Source of the DNA: an uncultured Gammaproteobacteria bacterium
GTDB taxonomy: Bacteria > Pseudomonadota > Gammaproteobacteria > Pseudomonadales > JAHEGP01
Assembly (NCBI GenBank): GCA_963722805.1
Contig: CAVROQ010000008.1
Span: 1,160 to 65,159, forward strand
Direction: 5' to 3'
DNA length: 64,000 bases
In this document: one piece after another, positions 1 through 9,281 of the stretch
Layout of the letters: each line of letters opens with the position of its first letter
How positions within the stretch are numbered: the stretch's first letter is position 1
Position numbers and translations under genes: made by a program
The notes under the pieces: generated by a model
Seen by the model: the letters and a program-made list of their open reading frames with translations, nothing else
The model's database searches: none
Told to the model about the DNA's origin: nothing

Positions 1-898
1 TCCCGAGCAGGCCGTGACGGTGAAAGAAGAACCGGGGCAGAGCGTTCGCATCCAGCGAGTCGTCAATACCGGGACCGGCGAGGTGGAGCTCTACTGTCAC
101 TCGCAGGCCCGCGAATTAAAAGAACAGGCCATGCAGGATCAATCTGGCAAACGTTTTGAAGCTGCCCTGCAGGGCCTCCATGAAGGGCTATCCAAAAAGG
201 GTACCACCAAGCGCTATGACAAAATCCTGGAGCGCATCGGGCGATTGAAAGAAAAGTACCGCCGTGTGGCTCAACACTACACCATCCGGGTTGAGCACGA
301 TGATGCCAACAATAAAGCCACCGCGATCCACTGGGAACGTTCAGAAAAACCCCACTCCCAGGCGACGCACCCCGGCGTCTATTGCCTGCGCACTAACCTC
401 GTCGACTGGGATGAAACCGCGTTATGGAACACCTACACCATGCTGACCGATCTGGAGGCCGTTTTCCGTAGCCTCAAGAGCGAACTGGGGATGCGCCCCA
501 ACTTCCACCAGAAGGAAGCCCGTATCGAAGGACATCTGTTCATTACCTTGCTGGCCTATCACCTGGTGCATACGATCCGCACCCAACTGAAGTCTCAAGG
601 CATTCACGATAGCTGGGAGACGATACGCCGCAAGCTGGAAAACCAGCAGCGGATCACGGTAAGCCTCAAGCGAGAGGATGGTAAAACCGTTCACGTCCGC
701 AAAACGACCCGCGCGGAACCCCACCAGAAAGCGATATACGATGCCCTGGGCATTTCTGCCAGACCGGGGAATGTCGAAAAAACCATCATCTGATGCCAAG
801 CCACAAAAAAACAAATATGTAATGCCATAACGGACTTGATCCGAAAGCTATCTATTTGTTTTTTATCATATTGTTGTCAGTGAAATCGAAAGATGGGT
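1..898 (+). mobile_element. Right-hand part of an IS4/IS1634-family insertion sequence. The left part lies outside the window and the right boundary is approximate.
   Basis: The transposase ORF runs in from the window edge. Homology of the neighbouring integrase pseudogene stops abruptly near 899-902, which suggests the IS end sits there. The terminal IR was not verified because the other end is not in the window. Confidence 0.45.
2..793 (+). CDS. IS4/IS1634-family DDE transposase, C-terminal ~263 aa (5' end outside window)
   Basis: The frame is open from base 2. The C-terminal region (YTMLTDLEAVFRSLKSELGMRPNFHQKEARIEGHLFITLLAYHL) resembles the Y-R-E-K region of IS4-type DDE transposases. 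Confidence 0.7.
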   Translation, partial: PEQAVTVKEEPGQSVRIQRVVNTGTGEVELYCHSQARELKEQAMQDQSGKRFEAALQGLHEGLSKKGTTKRYDKILERIGRLKEKYRRVAQHYTIRVEHDDANNKATAIHWERSEKPHSQATHPGVYCLRTNLVDWDETALWNTYTMLTDLEAVFRSLKSELGMRPNFHQKEARIEGHLFITLLAYHLVHTIRTQLKSQGIHDSWETIRRKLENQQRITVSLKREDGKTVHVRKTTRAEPHQKAIYDALGISARPGNVEKTII

Positions 899-2100
899 TA
901 GTGCCAGCGTACGCAGTGCCTCGAGATCAACCTTGGTATAAATCATTGTGGTCTGCGGATGGCGATGACCCAAAACATCACCGATTTCTCCCAGCGAGGC
1001 GCCTTGGCGCAACATCTCGGTGGCCAGTCCATGCCGAAACTGATGTGCTCCGTACGTCGGCGCCTTGATGCCAGCGCGCTTGAGCGAATGACGGACGATT
1101 GATCCAACGCCACTGGCACCTCGAAAGCCGCGGATAGGGGCCTTGGCGCGCAGAAAGACGCGTCGATTGGTGCTGGGTGGTCGTCCATCCGCAATACGCG
1201 ACTATCGCCTTACCAACCTCAAGAGGTAGGGAAACTCGTTGCGCAGGCCGCTCTTACCGCGCACCTCAACGTGCCGGCATTCCAGTCGATGTCCTCGAGT
1301 AAGAAATGCCACTTCACTCGAACGTAAGCCCAGTCGTGCAAGCAGCAGTAAAATGGCATAGTCGCGACGTCCTATCGCAGTTTGTGGATTGATGCTCACC
1401 AACAGCTGATGGACTTGATCCGTCGGAATTGCCCGGGGGATCGATGACATCGACCAGTTGGCTACCGTAGGAACGGCAGCGGCCAGATCCAGCGTCACCT
1501 CACCGCGATAACGGGCGTACTTCAGGAAAGAGCGCAATGCAGTGGTCATGACGCTCGCTGCCTGTGTAAACGCGGCGCCTGGCGCTGTACAAATCGCCAC
1601 GACATCACGGGCACACAAGCGTGAGAGCGTCACGGGTCCGTCTCCCAAACGATTGTTAAGAAAACTACGGATGAACGGTACATAGTTGACAATCGTGGCT
1701 TTGGTCAATTGCGTACCTCGCGCAGGTGTTGCTCATACGCCTGCGTACAGCACTCCGCCGGGGTTACTCGTCCTACTGATAGCTTCTCGGTGGGAACCAA
1801 GCCCTCAGCGCGTAAGAAGTCAATGAGATACCTGAGTGCGGCAGCATCTCCCAGGCAAGGATGTACCCGCCTGCGCGATATCGTAAATACTGTCTCGAAT
1901 GATCGGAGGTAATGCGGTGTAGTTCGACTCCCTCTTGCTTAAGCCACCGACTAAAGCTCGCGGCGAGACGAACCTGCGGAGAATTGAATTCGGCGCATAT
2001 CCCTGGGCGCTGACGAATCCTGTAGACGAGCGATATGAGCCACGAGAGGACCTTCTGGTACTTGCGACAGAACTACTTGGCTATTGATAACATACTTCAT
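899..2100 (-). pseudogene. Degraded tyrosine recombinase (phage-integrase family) with multiple frameshifts and a clipped 3' end
   Basis: Integrase-like sequence is spread over three frames. The N-terminus, from the ATG at 2100, reads MKYVINSQVVLSQVPEGPLVAHI. ORF 1202..1708 carries RRDYAILLLLARLGLRSSEV. A third frame, about 902-1050, reads HQFRHGLATEMLRQGASLGEIGDVLGHRHPQTTMIYTKVDLEALRTLA (the H-x-x-R and H..Y catalytic region). Confidence 0.75.
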
Positions 2101-2228
2101 GATGGACTCCTCCCCGTAAGCGGGGCTGATGGAGGGATTCCGGACTATATCGTTATAGCTACGCTCTTTTACCGAGAAAATCAGGGTGACGTGGCGTTAC
2201 AAGACATAGTCAAGAAGGGTACATGGAC

Positions 2229-2257
2229 CAATATCCCGAGCCGGAATTTATCTTGAG
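2229..2257. repeat. RIT terminal inverted repeat, left copy (29 bp perfect, extendable to 31 bp)
   Basis: Read directly: caatatcccgagccggaatttatcttgag is the reverse complement of 5743-5771. Confidence 0.95.
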
Positions 2258-2347
2258 CAGCCGGTCGGTATGTTCTCCAACTCCATAGGACCGCCTGTAA
2301 TTCATGGATAAATGTTGATCTGATCTAGGTTTCTGGCTTTGGTTTAA

Positions 2348-2357
2348 TCCAGATAAA
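2348..2357. repeat. RIT subterminal 10-bp repeat (tccagataaa), inverted partner at 5685-5694
   Basis: tccagataaa at 2348-2357 and tttatctgga at 5685-5694 are reverse complements. The left copy continues as agataaatccggct, which resembles the core of the terminal IR (agataaattccggct). Confidence 0.5.
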
Positions 2358-2366
2358 TCCGGCTTA

Positions 2367-3383
2367 CTATAGGGATTCTAAGAACGCCAACAAGTTCGGT
2401 TTGGGCTCCCAGCTTGAACCACGCCGGGGAGTCAGACCGGATCGTTCCCAGAAGGCCTCCAGTGCATCGCGCTTCATTTGGAGATTCGTCGTAATATAAC
2501 GGCTGGTGGTGGCGATGCTCGCATGGCCGAGATAATCCCGGATTACGGTGACGTCAACACCTGCTTGCAAAAGCGCAACGGCACAACTATGCCGCAAACA
2601 ATGCGGCGTGATATGCCGACGATGCAAGGCGGGTGCCTGGCGAGCTGCCGCGGCCACGTGCTTGTTCAAAATATAGGCAATACCATCGCGCGTGATCGGT
2701 TGGCCGTTCCGGTTGTGGAAGATTGGATCATTTCGACCTCCATCACGCACGCTGGGCAGCCGCTGCAAGGCATCGACAGTCTCACGCCACAAGGGACAGT
2801 GGCGGACTTTATTGCCCTTTCCCTGAAGACGGACGTGAGTTGGCTTGATCAGGCACAGATCTTGAACACGAACGGCAATTGCTTCACTGACCCGTGCGCC
2901 GGTGTTATATAGAAAGAGCAGTAATACGTGGTCTCGACGCCCGAAAATAGTGCGGCAATCGGGTTGTCGCAGGATCAACCGGATATCTTCGGGTTCAAGG
3001 TAGTGCGCGGGGGATGTGCGTGTCCGCTTTGAAGGAATCGCCAGTACACGGTGATACTGATTTGCACGCGAGAGATCTTGGCGAATCAGGTGCCTGAAGA
3101 AGCTGCGAACTGCGGTGAGTCGATAATTGCGGGTGGCGGCGGAGTTGACTCGCTCATTCTCGAGGTACACTAAGAATGCTTTGATAGCTTCGACGTTCAG
3201 ATCATCTGGCTGAAGGTCACTGATGGCACATCCCAATCGATCGGCTAGGAAGCGGAAGAGAAGTTTCAAGGTATCACGATAGGCCCGAACGGTGTGGTGA
3301 CTGGCACCGCAGTGGCGCTCCATATGGTCCTCGAAGAATGACTGTACCAGAGGCAGCAGCTCTGGTGATTTAGAACGAGCCAT
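2367..3383 (-). CDS. Tyrosine recombinase, third gene of the trio (RitC-like), ~338 aa
   Basis: Signature NTGARVSEAIAVRVQDL, HCLRHSCAVALL, LGHASIATTSRYI. The ATG at 3383 shares one base with the upstream TGA. Confidence 0.85.
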   Translation of the reverse strand: MARSKSPELLPLVQSFFEDHMERHCGASHHTVRAYRDTLKLLFRFLADRLGCAISDLQPDDLNVEAIKAFLVYLENERVNSAATRNYRLTAVRSFFRHLIRQDLSRANQYHRVLAIPSKRTRTSPAHYLEPEDIRLILRQPDCRTIFGRRDHVLLLFLYNTGARVSEAIAVRVQDLCLIKPTHVRLQGKGNKVRHCPLWRETVDALQRLPSVRDGGRNDPIFHNRNGQPITRDGIAYILNKHVAAAARQAPALHRRHITPHCLRHSCAVALLQAGVDVTVIRDYLGHASIATTSRYITTNLQMKRDALEAFWERSGLTPRRGSSWEPKPNLLAFLESL

Positions 3384-4360
3384 CAACTCGAGCCCCTTTG
3401 ATAGACCCGATGTGCGAACCGGTCACTTGCCAGCTGCAGCAACTCGGGTGTGGCGTGCAGGTAAACTTCCGTACCGAGTACGTTGACATGCCCCATGTAG
3501 GCCGATAGCCAGGGCAGCTGCGAGTGAACATCAACACCACCGTGATACCAGTCGGTGAGGCGGTGAACGGCATACGCATGTCGAAAGTCATATGGCCGCG
3601 GTCCCCTTCGGCCCCGTGCGGGCTTTAACCCCAGCTTGCGCAGGAGTAGTCTGACCGCTTCGGATGCCGATTTGACTGTCAATGGCGTTCCATCCCGACG
3701 GATGAAAAATGCGTCGCTCTCGGAGCAATCCGTCGCACTCTCTATGTGGGCTCGTTCCTCCATATAGGCCTCCATTTGTTCTGCAAGGTCGGCACCAAAC
3801 GGTACGAACCGAGTCCTGCCCTTGCTCGCGCGGATCAGAAACAGGGCCTGACTAAGATCCACATCTGCAATGCGCAGTCGTACCGCCTCGCCGAAGCGGA
3901 GCCCGGTGCAGTACAGAATCAGAATCAGCGTGTGGAGCATTCTTGACCAGATATTGCGTCCTTGATGTGCCCTGGCTGCTGTCAGAAGTTGATGAACCTC
4001 CTCTTGCGAGAAGATATATGGAAAATAGCTGGACTCTGACTGTGGTGCCAAAGCATGATCCGGAACAAAGGAGTCGGGGTCACGGCGTTGCCGATAAAGG
4101 CAAAGCTGGCGCACGACCCCCAAGTAGAGCGAGGCAGTGACTGCTTTGCGACCATCGACGCAGGAAAGCCAGGCGTTGATAGTCGGTTCGAGCTCGATCA
4201 CCGCGCATTTTGATCCGTCGTTACCAACGTAACGCTCGGCAAACCGTTGAAAATTACATAATGTGGCCTCGCTACGTTGATACGTATAACCCAAGGCGCG
4301 TTTGAACTCGAGGAATTCCGCAATATCACGTGACAGTTCTTCCGGCGTAATCCTGGTCAT
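3383..4360 (-). CDS. Tyrosine recombinase, second gene of the trio (RitB-like), ~325 aa
   Basis: Signature CTGLRFGEAVRLRIADVD, YDFRHAYAVHRL, MGHVNVLGTEVYLH. Start re-called to the ATG at 4360 (MTRITPEEL), which overlaps the upstream stop as ATGA. The 404-aa track ORF is an over-extension. Confidence 0.85.
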   Translation of the reverse strand: MTRITPEELSRDIAEFLEFKRALGYTYQRSEATLCNFQRFAERYVGNDGSKCAVIELEPTINAWLSCVDGRKAVTASLYLGVVRQLCLYRQRRDPDSFVPDHALAPQSESSYFPYIFSQEEVHQLLTAARAHQGRNIWSRMLHTLILILYCTGLRFGEAVRLRIADVDLSQALFLIRASKGRTRFVPFGADLAEQMEAYMEERAHIESATDCSESDAFFIRRDGTPLTVKSASEAVRLLLRKLGLKPARGRRGPRPYDFRHAYAVHRLTDWYHGGVDVHSQLPWLSAYMGHVNVLGTEVYLHATPELLQLASDRFAHRVYQRGSS

Positions 4361-5580
4361 GCCGGCGGTACCGGTAATGCCAGATGCCGCAGGCTCTCTG
4401 TTGCTACGCGCAGGTAGGCCGAGGTCGATTCCGGGTTCCGATGGCCCAGGATATCGCCAATGAGTTTCGGTTGGATGCCGAGTTCCATCTGCCGGCAGGC
4501 TTGAGTATGGCGCAACACATGAGTACCGAGGTAGGTAGCAGTCACGCCGGCACGTTGTGCATGGGTGTGGAGGATGTGCCTGATTGTGACCGAGCAAGCT
4601 AACTGCTTATGTGGAGCTCTCATGGTGATGAACAAATGCCGGCTCTGGGCATGCGGTGGCCGGCCATGCTGCAAATAATCGGCTAAGGCCCGTGCGATAG
4701 CGGGCAATAGAGGAAGGATGAAATCGGAACCTGTCTTTGGGCGCACCACGTGGAGAGTGCCAGCCTTCCAGTCAATGTCATCGAGCGTCAGTTGAATCGC
4801 TTCACCAGATCCCAATCCATAAGTGCTCATCATCAGCAGCAATGCGTAATCGCGTTTTCCACACGGGGTACGGCGATTGACAGCCCGCAATATACGTTGC
4901 ACGTCCTCCCAGGCAATCGTTCTATGTGGGCGTTCATGAGGGCGCGTTTTGGGTGCCATGATCGACGATGAAAAATCAGCTGGCAGGCGCTCGGTCATAT
5001 ACAGAAACCGGACAAATACGCGCAAGGTCGAGCAAATATCAGCGACAGTGGCACGAGCATAGCGCCTACGGAGAACAATCACGAACTCATCGATATCCGG
5101 CAAGCGAGGTTGATGCAGCTTGTGGCCTCGTTCATTAACAAACTTCTTGAACCGAATAACGTGTTGGATCTTCTTATGAATCGTGATTTCCGGGTTGCCG
5201 CGCTCGAGGCGCAGATGCTCTGAAAACTCGCATATCAAAGGTGATGGCGATGGCAATGCTTTCTTTGCGGGAGCCCAGAGAGGCAACGACTCATTCAGCG
5301 TTTGCAGTGCCGTTGCCCAAGCATAGAGCGCGCTGCGTGCACTCTCGAATACCGTGTTGAAATCGATGTGACGCGACCGGGCGTACCACTTGGAGAATTT
5401 GTGAACCCCAACCAGGGAAAGCTGTTCTCTCTCGTCAAGCTGCTTCTCGCAACAGTACGTCGCGAATCGTAGTATCCACAGCCGATAAACGTTGATCGAA
5501 CTACGCTTAAGACATCGATTCTGACGCCATACCTCGGTTACTTCCGCGAATCGATGATTGAATTGTCGGTGTGCAGGCAT
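4357..5580 (-). CDS. Tyrosine recombinase, first gene of the trio (RitA-like), ~407 aa
   Basis: Catalytic signature: YGLGSGEAIQLTLDDID (box I Arg region), HVLRHTQACRQM (H-x-x-R) and LGHRNPESTSAYLR (H..Y). Start taken as the ATG at 5580, since the ORF-track start at 5583 is GTG. Confidence 0.85.
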   Translation of the reverse strand: MPAHRQFNHRFAEVTEVWRQNRCLKRSSINVYRLWILRFATYCCEKQLDEREQLSLVGVHKFSKWYARSRHIDFNTVFESARSALYAWATALQTLNESLPLWAPAKKALPSPSPLICEFSEHLRLERGNPEITIHKKIQHVIRFKKFVNERGHKLHQPRLPDIDEFVIVLRRRYARATVADICSTLRVFVRFLYMTERLPADFSSSIMAPKTRPHERPHRTIAWEDVQRILRAVNRRTPCGKRDYALLLMMSTYGLGSGEAIQLTLDDIDWKAGTLHVVRPKTGSDFILPLLPAIARALADYLQHGRPPHAQSRHLFITMRAPHKQLACSVTIRHILHTHAQRAGVTATYLGTHVLRHTQACRQMELGIQPKLIGDILGHRNPESTSAYLRVATESLRHLALPVPPA

Positions 5581-5742
5581 CACTCGGTCGCCCCCGCCAG
5601 AGATTACAAGCTCCTATGCAACTACTTCGTCTCTGAGGGTGAAAAAGTTACAACATATATGCAAGGCAGTATTTGACGACCAGTTTTATCTGGACAATCC
5701 ATTACGGTAAATCACGCTTTTGGCAGTTCCTAATTGCCTTTG

Positions 5743-5771
5743 CTCAAGATAAATTCCGGCTCGGGATATTG
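5743..5771. repeat. RIT terminal inverted repeat, right copy
   Basis: Read directly: ctcaagataaattccggctcgggatattg is the reverse complement of 2229-2257. Confidence 0.95.
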
Positions 5772-6122
5772 CAGAGCTTTTTAGCGGAGCGATCGCAGGC
5801 CCAGCGGTGGTGGAGGCGAGATACTTTGACTGCGATCGGTTAGTTAAATTGATTGGACTGACGCGGGTGGTTGGCCTGCTATGGGGTTGATCACACAGGT
5901 AGGGCTAGCGGTCTGAGGTGTCGGGTGCGAGACGACGTATCGGGGATTTTGAGTCGCTGCCAGTGATGAACTGGACATTTTTTGATCGACAAGCGCCGTG
6001 CCTGGTCCGGGCTAAGCCAGTGGGGAGTGGAGAAAGGCCTCTGGGGAAATGGGGGGCGAGGTGAATCGACGCACCGGTCGGGGGGCGGGGTAGCACTTAC
6101 CTGTAATGCCTGCGCTGCACTG

Positions 6123-7316
6123 CTATGAGGTATCGATAAAAGCTGGACGCATGGGGCGCAGAAAGGTAGCGACAACGTGCATCTGGCCATTTTCCAAGTG
6201 TGGACACTGACGCAACGAATGGCCGGTGAGCTTTTCGAACAGATCCCGGTAATCGAGAGACTGTGCGGTTTCTGTTGGTACCGGCTTGCTATTGAGAAGC
6301 GTGCGGCACAGGGCGAGTTTTCGAGCGCGGACGCGGTTACCGAGAAATCCGTAATGGCGAATCCGCTGGAGCCTGCTGGGCAGCACATGCAGCAGGAAAC
6401 GGCGGATGAACTCATCGGCACTGAGTGTCATGGTCTTGGGCTGGTTGTGATGCCGGTAATCCTTCCAGCGAAAGGCGACTTGACCGTCATCGGCGCTGAC
6501 CAAGCGATGATTGGCAATAGCCACGCGATGAGTATAACGGCCCAGGTACTCCAGGACCTGCTCGGGGCCACCGAAGGGAGGCTTGGCATAGACGACCCAG
6601 TCGGCGTTGCGCAGCGGCGCGAGGTACTTGGCAAAGGCCTGCGACTCGCGCAGTGCCTCGAGCGTCGAGAAGAACTGGAGTTCGTTCGCCTCGTAGGTTC
6701 GCTGCAGGGCGTTTAGAAAAATTCGCCGAAAGAGTCTTGACAGTACGCGCACGGGGAGAAAGAAGCCAGGCCGACAGGAGACCCAACGCTGCTGATCCGG
6801 CGACGGGCCACCACCAGGGACAATACAGTGTAGATGCGGATGATGGGTGAGATTCTGCCCCCAGGTATGCAATACGGCAATGAGGCCAATATCGGCGCCG
6901 AGGTGCTTTGGATCGGCCGCGATCGTACGCAAGGTCTCCGCTGTCGCGCGAAACAACAGATTGTAGACCACACGCTTATTCTGCAATGCGATGGCAGCGA
7001 TGAGCTTGGGTAGTGTGAACACCACGTGGAAATATTCAGCCTCCAACAATTCCGCACGGCGATCATCAAGCCACTGCGCCCGAGCGAGCGATTGACATTT
7101 TGGACAGTGTCTATTGCGACACGAGTTGTACGCATTGCGCTGATGGGCACAGTGATCGCACTGCTCCAAGTGGCCGCCAAGTGCGCTCGTTCGACACTTT
7201 TCGATGGCACTCATGACCCGAAATTGCTCGCGATGCAAGTTTGGGCCATGGGCATGGCGAAAGTCGCTGCCGTGGCGGTGGAAAATGTCGGCGACCTCCA
7301 GGGCCGGCCTGAGCAT
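6123..7316 (-). CDS. IS91-family HUH (Y2) transposase, ~397 aa
   Basis: Zinc-binding region CDHCAHQRNAYNSCRNRHCPKC, HUH motif HHPHLHCIVPGGG, and tyrosine pair YLGRYTHRVAI. Start re-called to the ATG at 7316 (MLRPALEV). Confidence 0.85.
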   Translation of the reverse strand: MLRPALEVADIFHRHGSDFRHAHGPNLHREQFRVMSAIEKCRTSALGGHLEQCDHCAHQRNAYNSCRNRHCPKCQSLARAQWLDDRRAELLEAEYFHVVFTLPKLIAAIALQNKRVVYNLLFRATAETLRTIAADPKHLGADIGLIAVLHTWGQNLTHHPHLHCIVPGGGPSPDQQRWVSCRPGFFLPVRVLSRLFRRIFLNALQRTYEANELQFFSTLEALRESQAFAKYLAPLRNADWVVYAKPPFGGPEQVLEYLGRYTHRVAIANHRLVSADDGQVAFRWKDYRHHNQPKTMTLSADEFIRRFLLHVLPSRLQRIRHYGFLGNRVRARKLALCRTLLNSKPVPTETAQSLDYRDLFEKLTGHSLRQCPHLENGQMHVVATFLRPMRPAFIDTS

Positions 7317-7326
7317 CGCAGGAGAC

Positions 7327-8095
7327 TCAAAAGTACTGAGGTGGAGTGTCCTTGGGTGTCGGGGACGGTGGGCAACACAGCAGATCAAAAGGGCTCGTTG
7401 TTGCGCAGACCTGCGTGGTGGCCAGTTTCAGGTACCGGGCCGTAGTCGAGAGGCTTCGATGGCCCAGCAGAAGCTGAATGGTGCGCAGTTCCGTACCGCT
7501 CTCCAGAAGGTGTGTGGCAAAAGCGTGGCGCAGACTATGTGGGGTTACGGGCTTTTTGAGGCCGGAGCGCGCGTGCGCTTTACGACAGGCCAACCCCACC
7601 GCATCTCGACTGATTGGCTGATCAAGATGAGGGCTGGAAAACAGCCAAACGGTGGAAGGGCGTGCTTCTTTCCAATACTGGCGCAAGATCTCCAACAACC
7701 GGGGAGAAAGCAGGCTGTAACGGTCCTTTCTCCCCTTACCCTGGTCCACGCGCACTGTCATCCGGTCGCTGTCAATATCGGTGACTTTCAGCTGGCAGGC
7801 CTCGGAGATGCGCAGCCCCGTTGCGTATAAAGTACTCATAATAGCGCGGTGCTTGAGGTTGGGTGCGCCTCAAGAAAGCACTTGACTTCATCGCGACTGA
7901 GGATCACCGGCAAGGTTTGGGGCTTTCTTGGCGCCGGAATTTCATCAATCGACCAAGGCTGCTTGAGTGTCACTTTGTAGAGAAATCGTAGCGCCGACAC
8001 AGTGATACAAAGGCTGCTCGGCGCCAATTTTTTCACCTTGATCAAATGGAGTTGATAGGTGCGAATCTGCTCGGGACCAAGCTCTTCAGGGGATT
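7327..8095 (-). pseudogene. Tyrosine recombinase associated with the IS91-family transposase; frameshifted and N-terminally truncated
   Basis: The C-terminal ORF 7327..7839 carries LYATGLRISEA, HSLRHAFATHLL and LGHRSLSTTARYL. The N-terminal SAM-like domain lies in another frame (up to about 8095). The frames join if CCAACC near 7858-7862 is read as CCAAACC (HP-NLKHRAII). About 40-50 N-terminal residues are missing. Confidence 0.75.
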
Positions 8096-8212
8096 CCGAA
8101 AGAATCGGGCGAAGCAGAAACTGCAAAGATAAGGCTGGGTACGAAGAGCGAAGCAGAAGGGTGAGAGAGGTGAGGGAGAGGGAGGGAGAGGAGGAGAAGA
8201 TTGGTCGAAGCA
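8096..8212. repeat. Filler between two truncated mobile elements: a polypurine tract (about 8143-8200) with three copies of CGAAGCAG
   Basis: Read directly: the tract is gaagcagaagggtgagagaggtgagggagagggagggagaggaggagaaga, and cgaagcag occurs at about 8108, 8148 and 8205. No coding similarity was recognised in any frame. Confidence 0.6.
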
Positions 8213-9247
8213 GCCAATCCGGGTGATACCCGCTGCCTGGCACACCTGGCTGTAGCCGGAATAGCCATCGGCCTGCAATACACCACCAAATCCATCCAGC
8301 AGGCGTTCTGCCACCGCGCCGGCACGTGAAGGGTCGTATTCAAACAGGACTGCCGGCTTATCCGGGGGGCCACCGCGTATCACCCACATCCATTTATCGG
8401 ATTGGGCTGTTTTACCGGTTTCCTTCAGCACTTGCAGGCGTGTCTCATCGGCCTGCAGGTAATTCCCCTCCAGCTGAACTTCCCGCATCAAATTGATCAG
8501 GGGCTGGAATACACCCTGGAGCCGTATGATCCAGTGGGCCATATTGGCACGGCTGATATCACCACCGTAACGCTTGAGCATGCCCTCAAGACGATACAGC
8601 GGCAGTCCATCGGCGTATTTGGAGGCAATGATGTAGGCCAGTAATGTGGTGCTGGCGAAGCACTTCCCCAGGGGGTGGGCCGGGCGCCGTGCGGCAACAA
8701 TGATTTCTTCGCCATCGGTATTGAAGATCGCTTTCTCCTGCCAGTATTCCAGCACCTTGAGCTGGGCGGGAATAAACTCCAGCTCTTCCTTGACCTTGGT
8801 AAAGAAGGTCTTGGTCGCGCCCTCTTTTTCCTCATCGCTCAGGGTGATCTGTATCTGCACCCGCAGAAGCTTGTCGCTAAACCCGCGCTTTCTTTTCTTC
8901 TTTTGCGGCCGAACTCGATCCTCTTCCGGCAGTTGCGCTTCGAGCTCACCCAGGGCGACTTCGATTTCAGCCTCATCGAAAAAATCAGACTGGAACGCCA
9001 GCTTCTCACTACTGGCGCCGAATTTCCGTACGGTGGCCAGGCGCAAGTATTCTTCGAGCAGGTTGATTCGTTTCGCCTGCGCAAGAATAACGTCAGCCTT
9101 GTCGTCGAGATGTTTTTGGTGGGCCTGAAGAAGTTCGTGTTTTTCCTCAAGAAGTTGGTCTTTCTCGGCGAGAGCAGCAATCAGTTCCGAGGCGTCGAGC
9201 CCCTCGTAACGGCCTTGTTTTTGTTGCTTTTTTATCGCTGATTGCAT
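8213..9247 (-). pseudogene. tnpC: IS66-family transposase TnpC, C-terminally truncated
   Basis: N-terminal coiled-coil region and central region present (...YIIASKYADGLPLYRLEGMLKRYGGDISRANMAHW...YLQADETRLQVL...QADGYSGY...). Homology ends at RIGC and the frame then reads through the polypurine filler. Confidence 0.8.
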
Positions 9248-9281
9248 GGCGTCATTGTAACATTCACACTTGGAAAAAGCC

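Larger units (their letters stand above)
2229..5771 (-). mobile_element. Recombinase-in-trio (RIT) element: three overlapping tyrosine recombinase genes bounded by perfect 29-bp inverted repeats
   Basis: Three same-strand integrase genes have overlapping stop and start codons (ATGA at 4357-4360, TGATG at 3381-3385). The sequence caatatcccgagccggaatttatcttgag at 2229-2257 is the exact reverse complement of 5743-5771. Confidence 0.8.
5790..8095 (-). mobile_element. IS91-family element (tyrosine recombinase plus HUH/Y2 rolling-circle transposase). Both boundaries are uncertain and the upstream end is truncated.
   Basis: Gene pair typical of two-ORF IS91-family members. A 9-bp-stem palindrome (cgatcgcag 5790-5798 / ctgcgatcg 5830-5838) downstream of the transposase is a possible ori-end hairpin. 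Integrase homology is lost at about 8095. Confidence 0.45.

Noticed and set aside
2035-2256. 73-aa plus-strand ORF spanning the 5' end of the degraded integrase and the left RIT inverted repeat
   Set aside because: No family similarity. It overlaps the antisense of the integrase pseudogene start and runs into the terminal IR, so it is most likely a chance ORF.
3383-4597. 404-aa ORF-track call for the second trio recombinase, and similar long N-terminal extensions at 40783 (obg), 44788..46473 (aldehyde dehydrogenase), 32108..33529 (prsR), 53418 (kinase), 61834..63075 (argD) and 19852..21618 (GT-C)
   Set aside because: The extensions carry no family similarity and overlap upstream genes. Internal ATG codons give the conserved N-termini (for example [26 protein letters not shown]), usually with an RBS or a stop-start overlap. 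Starts were re-called accordingly.
5891-6421. 176-aa ORF and neighbouring ORFs in the region between the RIT and the IS91 transposase, considered as possible cargo
   Set aside because: It overlaps the 3' end of the IS91 transposase gene in another frame, is Ser/Pro/Cys/Ala-rich, and has no motif. The non-overlapping part (5772-6122) is more plausibly the non-coding end of the IS91-family element.
8646-9241. Long antisense or shadow ORFs inside genuine genes, for example 8646..9128+, 8675..9241+, 41439..41993-, 48844..49668-, 54840..55586-, 63206..63658-, 11270..11863-, 6177..6716+ and 37037..37528+
   Set aside because: They lie opposite or out of frame to genes with strong family signatures. 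Their composition is low-complexity or Arg/Ala/Pro/Ser-rich, as expected for non-coding frames of GC-rich DNA, and none shows a recognisable motif.
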